A stretch of 63,771 nt of DNA from a virus (IMGVR_UViG_3300020471_002176:1-63771); one strand, 5' to 3'; shown: positions 31,509-41,854, counted from the stretch's first letter. Notes: a model not told the origin generated them from the letters alone. Numbers and translations are program-made.

Positions 31509-32240
31509 ATGCAACCCATCAAACGAAAAGAGAATAAAATTTTGAAAGAGAACAAGAAAGAGAACAAGAAAGAGAACAAGAAAGAGAAGAAGAAAGAGAA
31601 CAAGAAAGGTAAAAAGTCAAAAGAAGAACAAATTATCATCGTTAACAACATTCAGGCATCCTCGCCGCCTGAAGACAACCTTAGAACTGTCACTCTATAT
31701 GGCGACGTCACAGAAGACTCTGCCAAAGAGATTGTCTCTGGCTTGCTATATCTGGAGAGCACCTCGCAAGTATCCCAATACAAAGACCCCAGCGATCCGG
31801 ATTCTGAAATAGAACTAAGAAACTTAGATATAAATTTACTTGTCTCAACAAACGGCGGCTCTGCATCCGACATGTTCTCTATAGTGGATACAATGAAGAT
31901 GATCCAAGAAAAGACATGTGATGTTTCGACGCTAGGTCTAGGGAAGGTGTTTTCAGCTGGCGTGCCAATCTTGGCTTCCGGCACAAAGGGCAAAAGAAAC
32001 ATAGCAAAAAACTGCAGGGTAATGATTCACAATGTGTCCTCTGGCGTAGCCGGAACACTGGATACAATGGAGAATGAGATTCATGAAATTCGCTGGATTG
32101 AAGACAGTTATATAAATTGTTTGGTCGAAAATACCAAACTAACAGAAAAGAAGCTGAGAAAAATGCTGAACTCCAAAAAGGAAGTCTATATATCAGCCGA
32201 ACAAGCTATAAAACTGGGAATTGCGGACAATTTAGTCTAA
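31509..32240 (+). CDS. clpP: ClpP-family protease subunit
   Basis: LYGDV, STNGG, GKVFSAG (Ser), VMIH (His), YISAEQAIKLGIAD. Confidence 0.88.
   Translation: MQPIKRKENKILKENKKENKKENKKEKKKENKKGKKSKEEQIIIVNNIQASSPPEDNLRTVTLYGDVTEDSAKEIVSGLLYLESTSQVSQYKDPSDPDSEIELRNLDINLLVSTNGGSASDMFSIVDTMKMIQEKTCDVSTLGLGKVFSAGVPILASGTKGKRNIAKNCRVMIHNVSSGVAGTLDTMENEIHEIRWIEDSYINCLVENTKLTEKKLRKMLNSKKEVYISAEQAIKLGIADNLV
31545..31604 (+). repeat. 5 x 12-bp tandem repeat AAAGAGAACAAG (KENK) in the ClpP N-terminus
   Basis: Directly visible; one unit varies (AAAGAGAAGAAG). Confidence 0.9.
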
Positions 32241-32260
32241 TTACTATAAGGAGATAAAAA

Positions 32261-33829
32261 GTGGATTGGTTTAATTATTATAATAAAAAGCCGCAGGTTA
32301 CTAAATCTGAGGATTTCTTTTCTATTTTCGAAGAAGTTTGGAAAGAAAATGGAAATAGTCTTACAAAAAAGCAGAAATCGCTTCTTAGGGACGATTTTTT
32401 CCAAAATACTTTAAAAGAAATTTTCTCCGGTATTGACTATACTAGCATCGCCCGGCGCCCAATTAACGAGAACAAGAGCTTGGTAGACCTCCTTCGGGAA
32501 GAGGAGGAAGAATATACGATGCAGGAGATTCGGCTAGGTTTGCCAAAACTGAGGATATCGGAGGACTGGGGCAAGCCAGAATCAAACGATCGCCAAATTA
32601 TTCAAAGGTTTACTGCGTCGATCCCTGGAGACACACTTCAGCAAAAACTGGAATCGGTAAACAATGTAGCCACGGGCCAAGTTCAGATGGCATCACTGGG
32701 TCAAATCCTGGGCAGCCTAGTGGTCTTAGAAGTGTTGTATACGATTTTAGCACAATATACGGAATCTGCTGGCGGCTTTATCTTTGAAGGTTTCCTCGCA
32801 GGGTTATTTGGCAAAGACTCAGTTCAAATTACAGACGTTGGAGAAGACGATGGAGAAGCCACAGGAAAGCCCATAACAGACGTTCAATTAGGGGATAAGG
32901 AATATTCTCTAAAACTTCTCGGACCCGGAACATCTGTGAAGGGGTCTTGGAGAAACATGACAGAGCATTTTGCAGGCCCAAGAAACCACGTTGTTTATTT
33001 GGACGCCCGGCGCTCCAATCCTGGTGCAACTGATAGTCTTGAATTTGGTGAGTTTGTAATCACTTTGCCAAACTTTATGGATATATTTTATGAACCCTTC
33101 AAGGGCTTTGTTCCCCAGGAGGCCCCTGTAAAGACAAAAGAACAACTCATGAAGACTCTAGACAAGTACGGAGAGCTGGCTTTCGGAGTTCAATTTTCTG
33201 GACCCTTCGGCGGTAGAGGAAAGGGAGGCTTCAGTCTAAAAGGAGTGAAAAAAGAAAAGGATATGGCTATCCTTATGAGGGCTCTCGAAAACCACCCAGA
33301 AGAAAATATTGATGCAAAAGTTTTGTGGTCTAAAGAAGATTTTACAGCTAGTACTAAGGCGACATATCTCTTTGGTTCTGCAGCGCAGTTTAATGCAGTC
33401 CAGAGAGCCATCAAGACCGGCAAAAAGGAAAGAATCATAGCCGCACTCCGCAAGACGGATGGCTATATAAAGAAGAGGCAATTTGAATTCACCAGGAATC
33501 AGGCTGAGTCCATTTCAAATTTCCAGCACTTATCTACTATCATGCTGGGCGAGGAACAACTCAAAAAAACTTGGATGCTGTATGGGGACATTCTCAGAAA
33601 AACGGTAACACCGGTATATATGGCTATAGCACGTTTCAACGAAAATGTGTCAAAATATTTTATGGGCTCCGAAGAAGGCCTCCAGCGTAAGGCCCTGGCA
33701 CTGGCCGCTCAGCAAGACCTGGGAACGCTCAAGGAGGCGACGGATGAAGCAATATCACAAGTAGAGCAGTCAGAGAAAGATGAATATGCCCCAGAGAACA
33801 TAGACAGTCAATTAGCCGCGGCCGAATAA
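32261..33829 (+). CDS. Hypothetical protein with a possible PD-(D/E)xK nuclease-like core
   Basis: GFIFEGFLAGLF...PITDV....EYSLKL. Confidence 0.4.
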   Translation: MDWFNYYNKKPQVTKSEDFFSIFEEVWKENGNSLTKKQKSLLRDDFFQNTLKEIFSGIDYTSIARRPINENKSLVDLLREEEEEYTMQEIRLGLPKLRISEDWGKPESNDRQIIQRFTASIPGDTLQQKLESVNNVATGQVQMASLGQILGSLVVLEVLYTILAQYTESAGGFIFEGFLAGLFGKDSVQITDVGEDDGEATGKPITDVQLGDKEYSLKLLGPGTSVKGSWRNMTEHFAGPRNHVVYLDARRSNPGATDSLEFGEFVITLPNFMDIFYEPFKGFVPQEAPVKTKEQLMKTLDKYGELAFGVQFSGPFGGRGKGGFSLKGVKKEKDMAILMRALENHPEENIDAKVLWSKEDFTASTKATYLFGSAAQFNAVQRAIKTGKKERIIAALRKTDGYIKKRQFEFTRNQAESISNFQHLSTIMLGEEQLKKTWMLYGDILRKTVTPVYMAIARFNENVSKYFMGSEEGLQRKALALAAQQDLGTLKEATDEAISQVEQSEKDEYAPENIDSQLAAAE

Positions 33830-33835
33830 AAAAGC

Positions 33836-33863
33836 TTGACTTTTTTCTAAAATACCTTATAAT
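33836..33863 (+). promoter_or_regulatory. sigma70-type promoter
   Basis: TTGACT-N16-TATAAT before groEL. Confidence 0.65.
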
Positions 33864-33892
33864 ATAAACATAGACTTAAAAGCGAGGAAATC

Positions 33893-35461
33893 TTGAACAC
33901 AAAACTAGAACACGGAAATGAACTTAGAAGCAAAATTCTTAAAGGTGTAAATCTTTTGGCAGATTATGTTTCTGCCACGATGGGTCCAAAGGGCCAGAAT
34001 GTAATCATTCACAAAAAAGACAGAAGACCATTTGTCACAAAGGACGGAGTAACCGTCGCCCGAAACTTGTCTTTCGACGACCCGTTTGTAAACGTCGGCG
34101 CCGAAGCAGTAAAACAAGTATCAGCAAAGACAAACCATGATGCAGGAGATGGCACAACTACCTCAACAGTTCTAGCCAGAGAGTTACTTAATCAGGCGGA
34201 CAAACACATTCGATCTGGCACTCCCCCGATTGAAATAAAGAGGGGCCTTGAGAAGTGCTTGGCAGTATCGCTGCTCTCGTTAGAGGAGACCTCAAAGAGG
34301 ATCTCTTCAGAAGAGGAGATTTTTGGAGTAGCATCAATCTCAGCAAACAACGATCCAGAGATTGGGCAGTTGGTCGCTGAGGCAGTTTCACGAATTGGGA
34401 AGAATGGCTCAGTCACTATCGCGGATGCTAGGTCAATGACCACTACGCTGGATCTGGTAGAGGGCTTTAAATTTTCTTCGGGATATGCGGCAAACGCGTT
34501 TGTAACAGATGAAAGGAAAGGGATCATTCAGTATGAGGATCCTCTGTTTTTGGTAACTGATTCAAGAATCGACACTGTTCAGGAGATATTGCCCGCTCTG
34601 GAGATTGCAGCGAGAGAGAACAAGCCGCTTGTCATCGTCGCGGACGATATTGAGGGCCAAGCATTGGCGGCCTTGATCATGAACACGGTGCGCGGAACAA
34701 TGAAGATAGCAGCAGTAAAGGCCCCTGACTACGGTGAAGCGCGAAGAGATACTCTATCCGATCTCGCGGTTTCAACTGGTGCGACATTCTTTCAAAAATC
34801 AAGCACCTCGCCAATCTCAGAAATTCAAATCTCTGATTTTGGTCAAGCTAAGAGTGTCGAGATTACGAAGTTTTCAACAACAGTCGTGGATGGCAACGGA
34901 GGCGACCAGGAAATACTCTCCTTAATGGAGAAGCTGAAGAAAGAGGTTGCTGAAACAGAAGATTTAGATGAGGCAGCGAGAACCCAACAGAGGATTAGCA
35001 GGCTATCTTGTGGAGTGGCGATCATTAATGTGGGCGCTAGTACGGAGATAGAGATGATAGAAAAGAAGCACAGAATAGAAGACTCTCTAGAGGCTGTCCG
35101 CTCCGCACAGCAGGAGGGCATCGTTCCTGGCGGAGGATTAACCCTTTTGAACATTTCAGCCGATTTGGCAGTCGACTTTGATAACGAGGACCAAGCCGCG
35201 GCCCTAAATATATTCAAGAGAGCTCTCGAAGCCCCCTTCCGTGTTATGGCGGGCAACGCAGGAATCAATGCAGATGTTGCCCTGTTGAAAGTGCCAAAGG
35301 GTTCGGATGCTGTTGGTGTAGATTTCTCCACAGGGGAGGCCACAGATTTACTCGAAAGGGGCATCATAGATCCGACAAAAGTTACACGCTGTGCGCTGCA
35401 AAACGCAGTTTCGGTTGCGAATACTTTACTTTTGACAAATCACGGTATTATTGAAGTTTGA
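33893..35461 (+). CDS. groEL: Chaperonin GroEL
   Basis: TMGPKG, TKDGVTVA, AGDGTTT, GIVPGGG, GIIDP; lacks the GGM tail. Confidence 0.96.
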   Translation: MNTKLEHGNELRSKILKGVNLLADYVSATMGPKGQNVIIHKKDRRPFVTKDGVTVARNLSFDDPFVNVGAEAVKQVSAKTNHDAGDGTTTSTVLARELLNQADKHIRSGTPPIEIKRGLEKCLAVSLLSLEETSKRISSEEEIFGVASISANNDPEIGQLVAEAVSRIGKNGSVTIADARSMTTTLDLVEGFKFSSGYAANAFVTDERKGIIQYEDPLFLVTDSRIDTVQEILPALEIAARENKPLVIVADDIEGQALAALIMNTVRGTMKIAAVKAPDYGEARRDTLSDLAVSTGATFFQKSSTSPISEIQISDFGQAKSVEITKFSTTVVDGNGGDQEILSLMEKLKKEVAETEDLDEAARTQQRISRLSCGVAIINVGASTEIEMIEKKHRIEDSLEAVRSAQQEGIVPGGGLTLLNISADLAVDFDNEDQAAALNIFKRALEAPFRVMAGNAGINADVALLKVPKGSDAVGVDFSTGEATDLLERGIIDPTKVTRCALQNAVSVANTLLLTNHGIIEV

Positions 35462-35500
35462 TTTCCTCATGACTAGTTAAGTTAATGGAGGGCCAAGTCA

Positions 35501-35761
35501 ATGACAAATCAAAAATCTCTTATTGAGTTTGACAAAAAATTAGATAAACTCTGCAACGGAATGGATATAATGAAAGAAAAACAAGATCAAATGGCAGAAG
35601 ACATAGTTAAAATCAAAGAAGCAGTATATAATCCAGACGAAGGGTTGTATGCCAGACTTAGAGAGCTGGAAACTTGGAAAGCTTCCAGTTCAAAGATGAT
35701 CTGGACCCTCTTTACGGCCGTCATTGGGCTAATTTCAGCTCTTGTGTTAAAGAGTTTTTGA
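35501..35761 (+). CDS. Coiled-coil protein with C-terminal TM helix (holin/XhlA-like?)
   Basis: Heptad pattern followed by IWTLFTAVIGLISALVL. Confidence 0.45.
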   Translation: MTNQKSLIEFDKKLDKLCNGMDIMKEKQDQMAEDIVKIKEAVYNPDEGLYARLRELETWKASSSKMIWTLFTAVIGLISALVLKSF

Positions 35762-35768
35762 GGCAGAA

Positions 35769-36038
35769 ATGCTGTTAAAGATCAATAAGTTACTCTTGCA
35801 AAGCTCAGGCACAGACCTAACTCCCGCGGTGCAAGAGATGTATATAAACACTGATATGATACAGACAATTCGTGCCTATCCTAAGGTGAAAGAATATCTT
35901 AGGTCTCATGGGGATTTCGCAACGAATGAGTACTCATTGATAGAATACGGAAACCAAGAAAAGGAAGAAATAATCGTGCAAGGCACCCCAGAGGAAATTT
36001 TAACAAAACGTGTTACCGCAAAGGTTTTGTATGGTTGA
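35769..36038 (+). CDS. Hypothetical protein (FlbD-like pattern)
   Basis: MYINTDMIQTI...IIVQGTPEEI. Confidence 0.4.
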   Translation: MLLKINKLLLQSSGTDLTPAVQEMYINTDMIQTIRAYPKVKEYLRSHGDFATNEYSLIEYGNQEKEEIIVQGTPEEILTKRVTAKVLYG

Positions 36039-36291
36039 TAGATATTTTATTTATGGCAGGTCTACTTGTCCCTTCTGTACTCTCGCTGAGAATTTTTTAT
36101 CCGCCCAAAAGAGGGAATTTTATTTTTTTGACTACGCCGAGGAGCTCGATTCTTTAGACGAGGTGAAGCGCTTCTATTCGTCTGAGACTGTTCCCATTAT
36201 CTTGGAAAATAACAAAAAAACAGGCGAAACAATCAAAATTGGCGGCTACACAGACTTGCTAGACTGGCACCGATTTCAGACAGGAGAATAA
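36031..36291 (+). CDS. Glutaredoxin
   Basis: CPFC, TVPII, IGGYTDL. Confidence 0.9.
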   Translation: MVDRYFIYGRSTCPFCTLAENFLSAQKREFYFFDYAEELDSLDEVKRFYSSETVPIILENNKKTGETIKIGGYTDLLDWHRFQTGE

Positions 36292-36630
36292 TTGAAAGAA
36301 GATAAGCACATACCAGTAAAGGTTTCGGTATTCGAGAGAATATCGAAAAAGATGAAACCAATAAAGAACAAGGTGGGCTCTCTAATAGAGGGGCACTATA
36401 ACTCATCTTCAGTGTTTCCCGAGAGAGATTTGACGGTTTTGTTGGAGCTGCAAGTCTCTTGTACGATTCTATGTAATTTTCTAGATGAACTGAAGGAGCA
36501 GGCCACAGAGGCATCCACAGACGAACTTCAGCTACTGCCAGAGGAAGTTACACTATTGACCACCTTGGTGACCGCTGTTGAGTCTGCTTCTACCCATGGT
36601 CTTGGCAACACCAATCTTATGGATCATTAA
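36292..36630 (+). CDS. Hypothetical protein
   Basis: 112 aa ORF with SD. Confidence 0.45.
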   Translation: MKEDKHIPVKVSVFERISKKMKPIKNKVGSLIEGHYNSSSVFPERDLTVLLELQVSCTILCNFLDELKEQATEASTDELQLLPEEVTLLTTLVTAVESASTHGLGNTNLMDH

Positions 36631-36968
36631 TGAAATTAGTTGCAGGCATCTTGGCCTTCACGTTGGGTCAGATTTTCGGATGGTATCAACTTAACCTTCA
36701 GAACATTTCAGAGTGGTGGAAAGACAAGCCACTAGTTTCTGCCATAGTTTTTGGTATACCCACTAGTATGTTGTTTTGGTACGGTTGGAAATTTATTTAT
36801 GAATATTCAAGTGCAGCCTGGTCGGCGCGCTTCATTGGTTCTTGCACCGGTTATTTCGTTTTTGCAATATTGACATGGCAGGTCTTAGGCGAGTCTATGT
36901 TCACCCCAAAGACGCTTGTGTGTCTTGCGTTGGCAGCAATAATCCTTATAATCCAGGTTTTTTATTAA
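36630..36968 (+). CDS. Four-TM membrane protein (SMR/DMT-like)
   Basis: Four hydrophobic segments; LGE...K...L pattern. Confidence 0.5.
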   Translation: MKLVAGILAFTLGQIFGWYQLNLQNISEWWKDKPLVSAIVFGIPTSMLFWYGWKFIYEYSSAAWSARFIGSCTGYFVFAILTWQVLGESMFTPKTLVCLALAAIILIIQVFY

Positions 36969-37007
36969 ATTACATTAAAAAAAACTATTTATTAAAGGAG
37001 AATCGTT

Positions 37008-37406
37008 ATGAGTTTTGATCAGATTTGGAGAAAATTTCTTAAAGAAGACCTCTCTAGCGGGATCACCGAAGAAATAGGTCGGTCACGTCAGCGAGGTATA
37101 TATAAGTTCTATTGTATGTTATCGTATAATTTGACTACCTTGGAGGGCAAGTCCAGAGGTCTTGACGACATATTAGCGGATCTCAGAGCTTTGCCAAACG
37201 TAACGATCGTCACGGTTGTAGTGAGAAACCAGAAAATATCAGAAAGAAACTATGTAGCGGGTTTGTCTGTGAAATTCATACCTAGTATACCTGGGCAATT
37301 CAACTCCCCCGAAGATGTGAAACAGAGAATATTGCGAGATATCAGAAAGCTTGCTAATGTGGGGACCGTGTTTAAGATCTCTGCAGGTCTAGAAAGGCTG
37401 GAGTAG
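37008..37406 (+). CDS. Hypothetical protein (possibly virion-internal)
   Basis: N-terminal WRKFLKE; preceded by ACTATTTA motif and SD. Confidence 0.45.
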   Translation: MSFDQIWRKFLKEDLSSGITEEIGRSRQRGIYKFYCMLSYNLTTLEGKSRGLDDILADLRALPNVTIVTVVVRNQKISERNYVAGLSVKFIPSIPGQFNSPEDVKQRILRDIRKLANVGTVFKISAGLERLE

Positions 37407-38002
37407 TGAAGGACATATCGGAATCCAAGAGAGAGTCTTTGATGCCTTTAATTAGAGAGACTCTAAAAGAGGAGACAACGGAGATTATTCCTGTTTCAAT
37501 ATCTTGTTTGGAAGATTCAAAAACAGAGGGCACGCAGGTATCATTTTCCTTTGAAGAGCGTGCTTACGGCAAAACAAAAACACACACCTTTGAAGAGGTC
37601 GTAGGTTCTGGTTTTGTAGATTGTGTTTTTAGCGCTTGTCATAACCTCTACAGACAGCAATACAAAAGTCTGGAAAACATCAAATTAGTCGATCTCTTAG
37701 TTAAGCCCCTTTTCTTTTCGTCTAGAACAACGACTAATTCAGACGCTAAGACGAAAGTGGTATTGAAAGTTGAGATCAAAAAACATGGAGAGCAGGAATT
37801 TTACCACAAGTCTCGATCTATAATCCATTCTAGTTTTGTTAGTATATTATCTGCATTCGAGTTCTATGTGAATTGCGAAAAAAGTTTCCACAAACTTAGG
37901 GTCTTTATTGAAGAAGCACGAAATAGGAACAGATCAGATTTAGCCCAGGTCTACGTTTACAAGATAAGCGAATTAACGAGATACAATAATTATGAATACT
38001 AG
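37406..38002 (+). CDS. Stand-alone LeuA allosteric (regulatory) domain-like protein
   Basis: GSGFVDCVFSA...LVDLLV...SDAKTKVVL...SIIHSS..SILSA...VN parallels the IPMS regulatory domain. Confidence 0.6.
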   Translation: MKDISESKRESLMPLIRETLKEETTEIIPVSISCLEDSKTEGTQVSFSFEERAYGKTKTHTFEEVVGSGFVDCVFSACHNLYRQQYKSLENIKLVDLLVKPLFFSSRTTTNSDAKTKVVLKVEIKKHGEQEFYHKSRSIIHSSFVSILSAFEFYVNCEKSFHKLRVFIEEARNRNRSDLAQVYVYKISELTRYNNYEY

Positions 38003-38119
38003 GACAGCTGTCGTAGCAGCTATTATTACAGTTGCCATTTTTTTACTTAGAAATGTTTAATAAAATTATCATGATTCTTTGGATATTATCCTTAATTACT
38101 TTAGGGGTGGTAGTTTATT

Positions 38120-38383
38120 GTGCCAAAGAAGATATCAACAACCAGAGGATTGAAGGTCGGTGACCTCGTGTATCATCTTTTATATGGGAAAAGTTGGGTG
38201 GGTATTCTTTTGGATCTGAAAGAAGAGTCAAATGGGCTGTCTGCCCCCAGGGAAGTGGGTCTGGTTCAAGTCCAACCGGGAACCGACTATAGTGATTTTT
38301 TTAAGAAAAATGTTTCTAAGAAATATAGAGTCTCCGATAACATGGGCTATGTTTCGTTGAGTTGGTTGTTCAAGCTTGAGTAA
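38120..38383 (+). CDS. KVGDLV-family small protein
   Basis: LKVGDLVYH...VGILL. Confidence 0.55.
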   Translation: MPKKISTTRGLKVGDLVYHLLYGKSWVGILLDLKEESNGLSAPREVGLVQVQPGTDYSDFFKKNVSKKYRVSDNMGYVSLSWLFKLE

Positions 38384-38591
38384 GATAAAGCAAAAAGACC
38401 TCCAACCCGGAGATATGATCATTGTGCTCAACAACAGCTTCTTGCTCGTTAAGGAGACTCCAACCTTCTGGTATTACTTGTGCAATGGCAGTCACTCAGG
38501 TCGGGTGCGAAAAGAAAAACTGCGGTCGAAGTTAAATTCTCCAGACTCAAAGATACTTATTAAGTACAACCACAAGGAGGAACAAAAATGA
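38376..38591 (+). CDS. Small hypothetical protein
   Basis: LQPGDMIIV start, coupled ORF. Confidence 0.45.
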   Translation: MSKIKQKDLQPGDMIIVLNNSFLLVKETPTFWYYLCNGSHSGRVRKEKLRSKLNSPDSKILIKYNHKEEQK

Positions 38592-39418
38592 AAAATTGGA
38601 TCCACGAAATCGGCAGCTCCGGACAAGAAGTGCGCCGACTACAATCAGCACTAGGAAATATAGTGGTCGATGGCAGCTTCGGCCCCAAGACGGAGCAAGC
38701 ATTACAAGAATACCAGAGCAAAAATTCTCTTCAAGTTGACGGCCGTTCTGGCCCAGCAACACGGAGCACCTTGGAAATCGACATCTACCCAGGGATAGAC
38801 GTGAGCAAGTGGAACACGGTTAGCGACTGGTCAACTCTCAAGAACTCTGGGTTAGCTGAGTTTTGCTGGATCAAGGCAACGGAGGGCGGAGACTATATGT
38901 GCCAAGTGTTCGAAAAGCACGCCAAAGCTGCAGCTTCAGCCGGCATACCATATGGCGCTTATCACTTTGCCAGACCAGATTTGAATGACGATCCTCACCG
39001 CGAGGTTCGAAATTTTGTTAAAAATTGCCCGATTGAGAAGGGTCGCCTCCGCCCAGTACTGGATTTTGAAAAAGCAGGCGACCATTCTCCTGACTCTATT
39101 CGAGCCTGGGTTCTTGAGTTTTTACAGGAATTCGAAGCTCAGTCAGGTGTTAGGCCAATAATTTATACAGGGGGCAATATGACCAAATATCATCTCAATG
39201 GTGACACTACTGGCATAGACGATTATATTTTATGGCACGCATATTACAGCAAGAAAGCCCTTAAAAAAGGCATCAAAAAAGACCGCCTAGGAGGCTGGAA
39301 AGAGTGGACTGTTTGGCAATGGACTGGCTCAGGAGAGGTCCCTGGCCACGAGGGCGAGATAGATAGAAATTGGCTCGTGGGTGGCCCATCCGCTCTGAGA
39401 AAAATTAAAATAGAATAG
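38588..39418 (+). CDS. Endolysin: peptidoglycan-binding domain plus GH25 lysozyme
   Basis: VRRLQSAL..VDGSFGPKT..YQ..L.VDG; GIDVSKW, IKATEG, GAYHF, LDFE, WQWT, IDRN. Confidence 0.92.
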   Translation: MKNWIHEIGSSGQEVRRLQSALGNIVVDGSFGPKTEQALQEYQSKNSLQVDGRSGPATRSTLEIDIYPGIDVSKWNTVSDWSTLKNSGLAEFCWIKATEGGDYMCQVFEKHAKAAASAGIPYGAYHFARPDLNDDPHREVRNFVKNCPIEKGRLRPVLDFEKAGDHSPDSIRAWVLEFLQEFEAQSGVRPIIYTGGNMTKYHLNGDTTGIDDYILWHAYYSKKALKKGIKKDRLGGWKEWTVWQWTGSGEVPGHEGEIDRNWLVGGPSALRKIKIE

Positions 39419-39420
39419 TG

Positions 39421-39449
39421 TTGACACCTGGCTTTTTTCCTGATATGAT
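39421..39449 (+). promoter_or_regulatory. sigma70-type promoter
   Basis: TTGACA-N17-TATGAT. Confidence 0.7.
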
Positions 39450-39485
39450 GAAATCACACTTAAATTAAAAGAAAGGAAAATACAG

Positions 39486-39818
39486 TTGAAAATCAACGTA
39501 TTGTGTGTAGTTGCGATTTTGTTTTTATCTTCCTGTATCCACGACGAAAGTCAACAAAATGAAATCAATGAAACTGAGGAAATCTGGGTCTGTTATAACC
39601 CCAAATCCGAAAGGCACGGTAAGCCATGCAAAAAAGATTTCAATCCATCACTAGGAGAGTATGAAACCTGCCACTGGTCAATGAGTGGGTCGTCGCTGGC
39701 TCTCGACGAGAGCGCCTTTTGTTGGCTTCTTGAGAGGCGAGATTGCAGCCCACAGGCAGATTCCGACCTCGGATGGCAGGAATGGCAAGAAAAACATTGC
39801 CCTCTTTTTAGTGAGTGA
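39486..39818 (+). CDS. Small Cys-rich lipoprotein
   Basis: Lipobox FLSSC followed by six further Cys. Confidence 0.55.
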   Translation: MKINVLCVVAILFLSSCIHDESQQNEINETEEIWVCYNPKSERHGKPCKKDFNPSLGEYETCHWSMSGSSLALDESAFCWLLERRDCSPQADSDLGWQEWQEKHCPLFSE

Positions 39819-39825
39819 TACCTTC

Positions 39826-39907
39826 GGGGATATGGCGGAACAGGTAGACGCAGGAGACTTAAAATCTCCCGACTTCGGTCGTGTGGGTTCGATTCCCTCT
39901 ATCCCTA
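39826..39907 (+). tRNA. tRNA-Leu(UAA)
   Basis: Acceptor GGGGATA/TATCCCT, anticodon arm GGAGA-CTTAAAA-TCTCC, long variable arm, GGTTCGATTCC; no encoded CCA. Confidence 0.93.
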
Positions 39908-39997
39908 CAACAAACTTAAGAAACTTGATCATTTTCACTTGACACTCGCCAAGGGGTGATTATTGTATATTAAACCTACTGAACAAAGGAGAAAAAT

Positions 39998-41854
39998 ATG
40001 AGTAAGGTAATCGGAATAGACTTAGGGACAAGTAACTCTTGTGTCGCTGTTATGGAGGGCGGCTCACCAAAAGTCATCAACAATGAAGAGGGCCAGAGAA
40101 CTACGCCTTCGATGGTCGCATTTGGCAAGGGCGAGACAATGGTAGGCTCACCTGCCCGCCGCCAAGCTGTCACAAACCCAAAAGAGACAATTTATTCTGC
40201 TAAGAGGTTTATAGGTATGAAATTTAGCGAAGTGAAAAAAGAAGCTGAATCTATGCCCTTCGAGGTAAAGAAGAATAAATTAGGCATGTGCACCATCACC
40301 GCGAACGGTAAGGATGTGACCCCACAGGAAATCTCTGCAAGTATTTTGAGCAAAATGAAAACAGCAGCAGAAAAGTACCTAGGGGAGACTGTCGAAAGGG
40401 CAGTGATTACCGTGCCTGCGTATTTCAACGACTCGCAGAGGCAAGCAACGCGTGATGCAGGTAAAATTGCTGGACTCAAAGTGGAGAGGATTATAAACGA
40501 ACCCACCGCGGCTGCTCTTGCTTACGGCTTGAACAAGGGCGACCAAAGAAACATTCTTGTTTATGATCTTGGTGGTGGAACCTTTGACGTTTCTGTACTG
40601 GAGATCGGAGACGGAGTAGTGGAAGTGCTCAGCACCAACGGCAACACTCATCTAGGCGGCGACGATGTAGATAAGGTCCTTATCGAATGGCTCGTGTCGG
40701 AATTCAAGGGCTCAACTGGGGTCGATGTCTCCGGAGACTCGATGGTGATGCAACGCTTAAGAGAAGCAGCAGAAAAGGCGAAGATTGAACTCTCAAGCAC
40801 ACAGCAAACAAACATTAACTTGCCGTTTTTGACAGCAGACAACACAGGGCCAAAACATTTGGTGACAGACCTTAGTAGACCTGATTTTGAGAGAATGATA
40901 GATTCCCTCATTGAAGACACCATGGAGCCTGTGCAAAATGCACTTAAAGATGCTAATTTAGAAAAAAGTGCCATCGACGAGATCTTGTTAGTCGGAGGCT
41001 CAACGCGCATTCCAGCTGTTGTGGACAGGGTGGAGAAGTTTTTTGGCAAAAAGGTTTCGTCCTCCGTAAATCCGGATGAAGTGGTGGCCTTGGGCGCAGC
41101 GGTCCAAGGCGGCGTTTTCGTTGGCGAGGTTAATGATATCTTGTTGCTTGATGTCACTCCTTTATCGCTCGGGTTGGAGACTATGGGGGGAATTATGACA
41201 AGGTTAATCGACCGCAACACAACAATACCTTGCACTAAATCACAGGTGTTTACGACAGCAGAGGATAACCAATCGGCTGTAGACATCAAGGTACTCCAGG
41301 GAGAGAGGGAGTTTTCTAAAGATAATAAAATGTTGGGCACGTTTAAGCTTGATGGCATTATGCCTGCCCCGCGCGGCACGCCACAAATTGAAGTATCGTT
41401 TGACATTGACGCGAATGGTCTCGTGAGCGTGTCAGCAACAGACAAAAACACAGGAAAAGAGCAGAACATTACGATTACTGGCTCCGGCGCTATGTCTCCT
41501 GAGGAAATTGACAGACTTGTCGAAGAGGCACGCCAGAATGAGGAAGAGGATAGATCTAAAAAGAGGGAGATCGAGGAAAGAAATCAGCTGAGTGGCCTCG
41601 TGTTTCAGGCGGAGAAGTTTCTAAGAGATAACAAGGAAAAACTACCAGAAGAACAGCAGGAGCAGTTATCATCAGCTATCTCAAGGGCGTCTGAGTGTGC
41701 GAAAAGTGATTCAACCTCTGACTTTCAAGCCGAGATCTCCGCCCTCAGCGAAGCAATGCAGGAAGCAGGTAAGGCTGCCTACTCATCAGACGCAGAGCAA
41801 GAGCAGTCGCCACCTGATGAAGAAGTGATTGATGCAGAGTTTTCCGAGGCATGA
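39998..41854 (+). CDS. dnaK: Hsp70 chaperone DnaK
   Basis: [42 protein letters not shown]-terminus. Confidence 0.97.
   Translation: MSKVIGIDLGTSNSCVAVMEGGSPKVINNEEGQRTTPSMVAFGKGETMVGSPARRQAVTNPKETIYSAKRFIGMKFSEVKKEAESMPFEVKKNKLGMCTITANGKDVTPQEISASILSKMKTAAEKYLGETVERAVITVPAYFNDSQRQATRDAGKIAGLKVERIINEPTAAALAYGLNKGDQRNILVYDLGGGTFDVSVLEIGDGVVEVLSTNGNTHLGGDDVDKVLIEWLVSEFKGSTGVDVSGDSMVMQRLREAAEKAKIELSSTQQTNINLPFLTADNTGPKHLVTDLSRPDFERMIDSLIEDTMEPVQNALKDANLEKSAIDEILLVGGSTRIPAVVDRVEKFFGKKVSSSVNPDEVVALGAAVQGGVFVGEVNDILLLDVTPLSLGLETMGGIMTRLIDRNTTIPCTKSQVFTTAEDNQSAVDIKVLQGEREFSKDNKMLGTFKLDGIMPAPRGTPQIEVSFDIDANGLVSVSATDKNTGKEQNITITGSGAMSPEEIDRLVEEARQNEEEDRSKKREIEERNQLSGLVFQAEKFLRDNKEKLPEEQQEQLSSAISRASECAKSDSTSDFQAEISALSEAMQEAGKAAYSSDAEQEQSPPDEEVIDAEFSEA

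Noticed and set aside
33893-41854. Bacterial chromosome or prophage boundary suggested by groEL, dnaK, clpP and dnaE
   Set aside because: These genes are divergent, lack host operon context and are interleaved with phage genes on one strand; no integrase or att site was seen.
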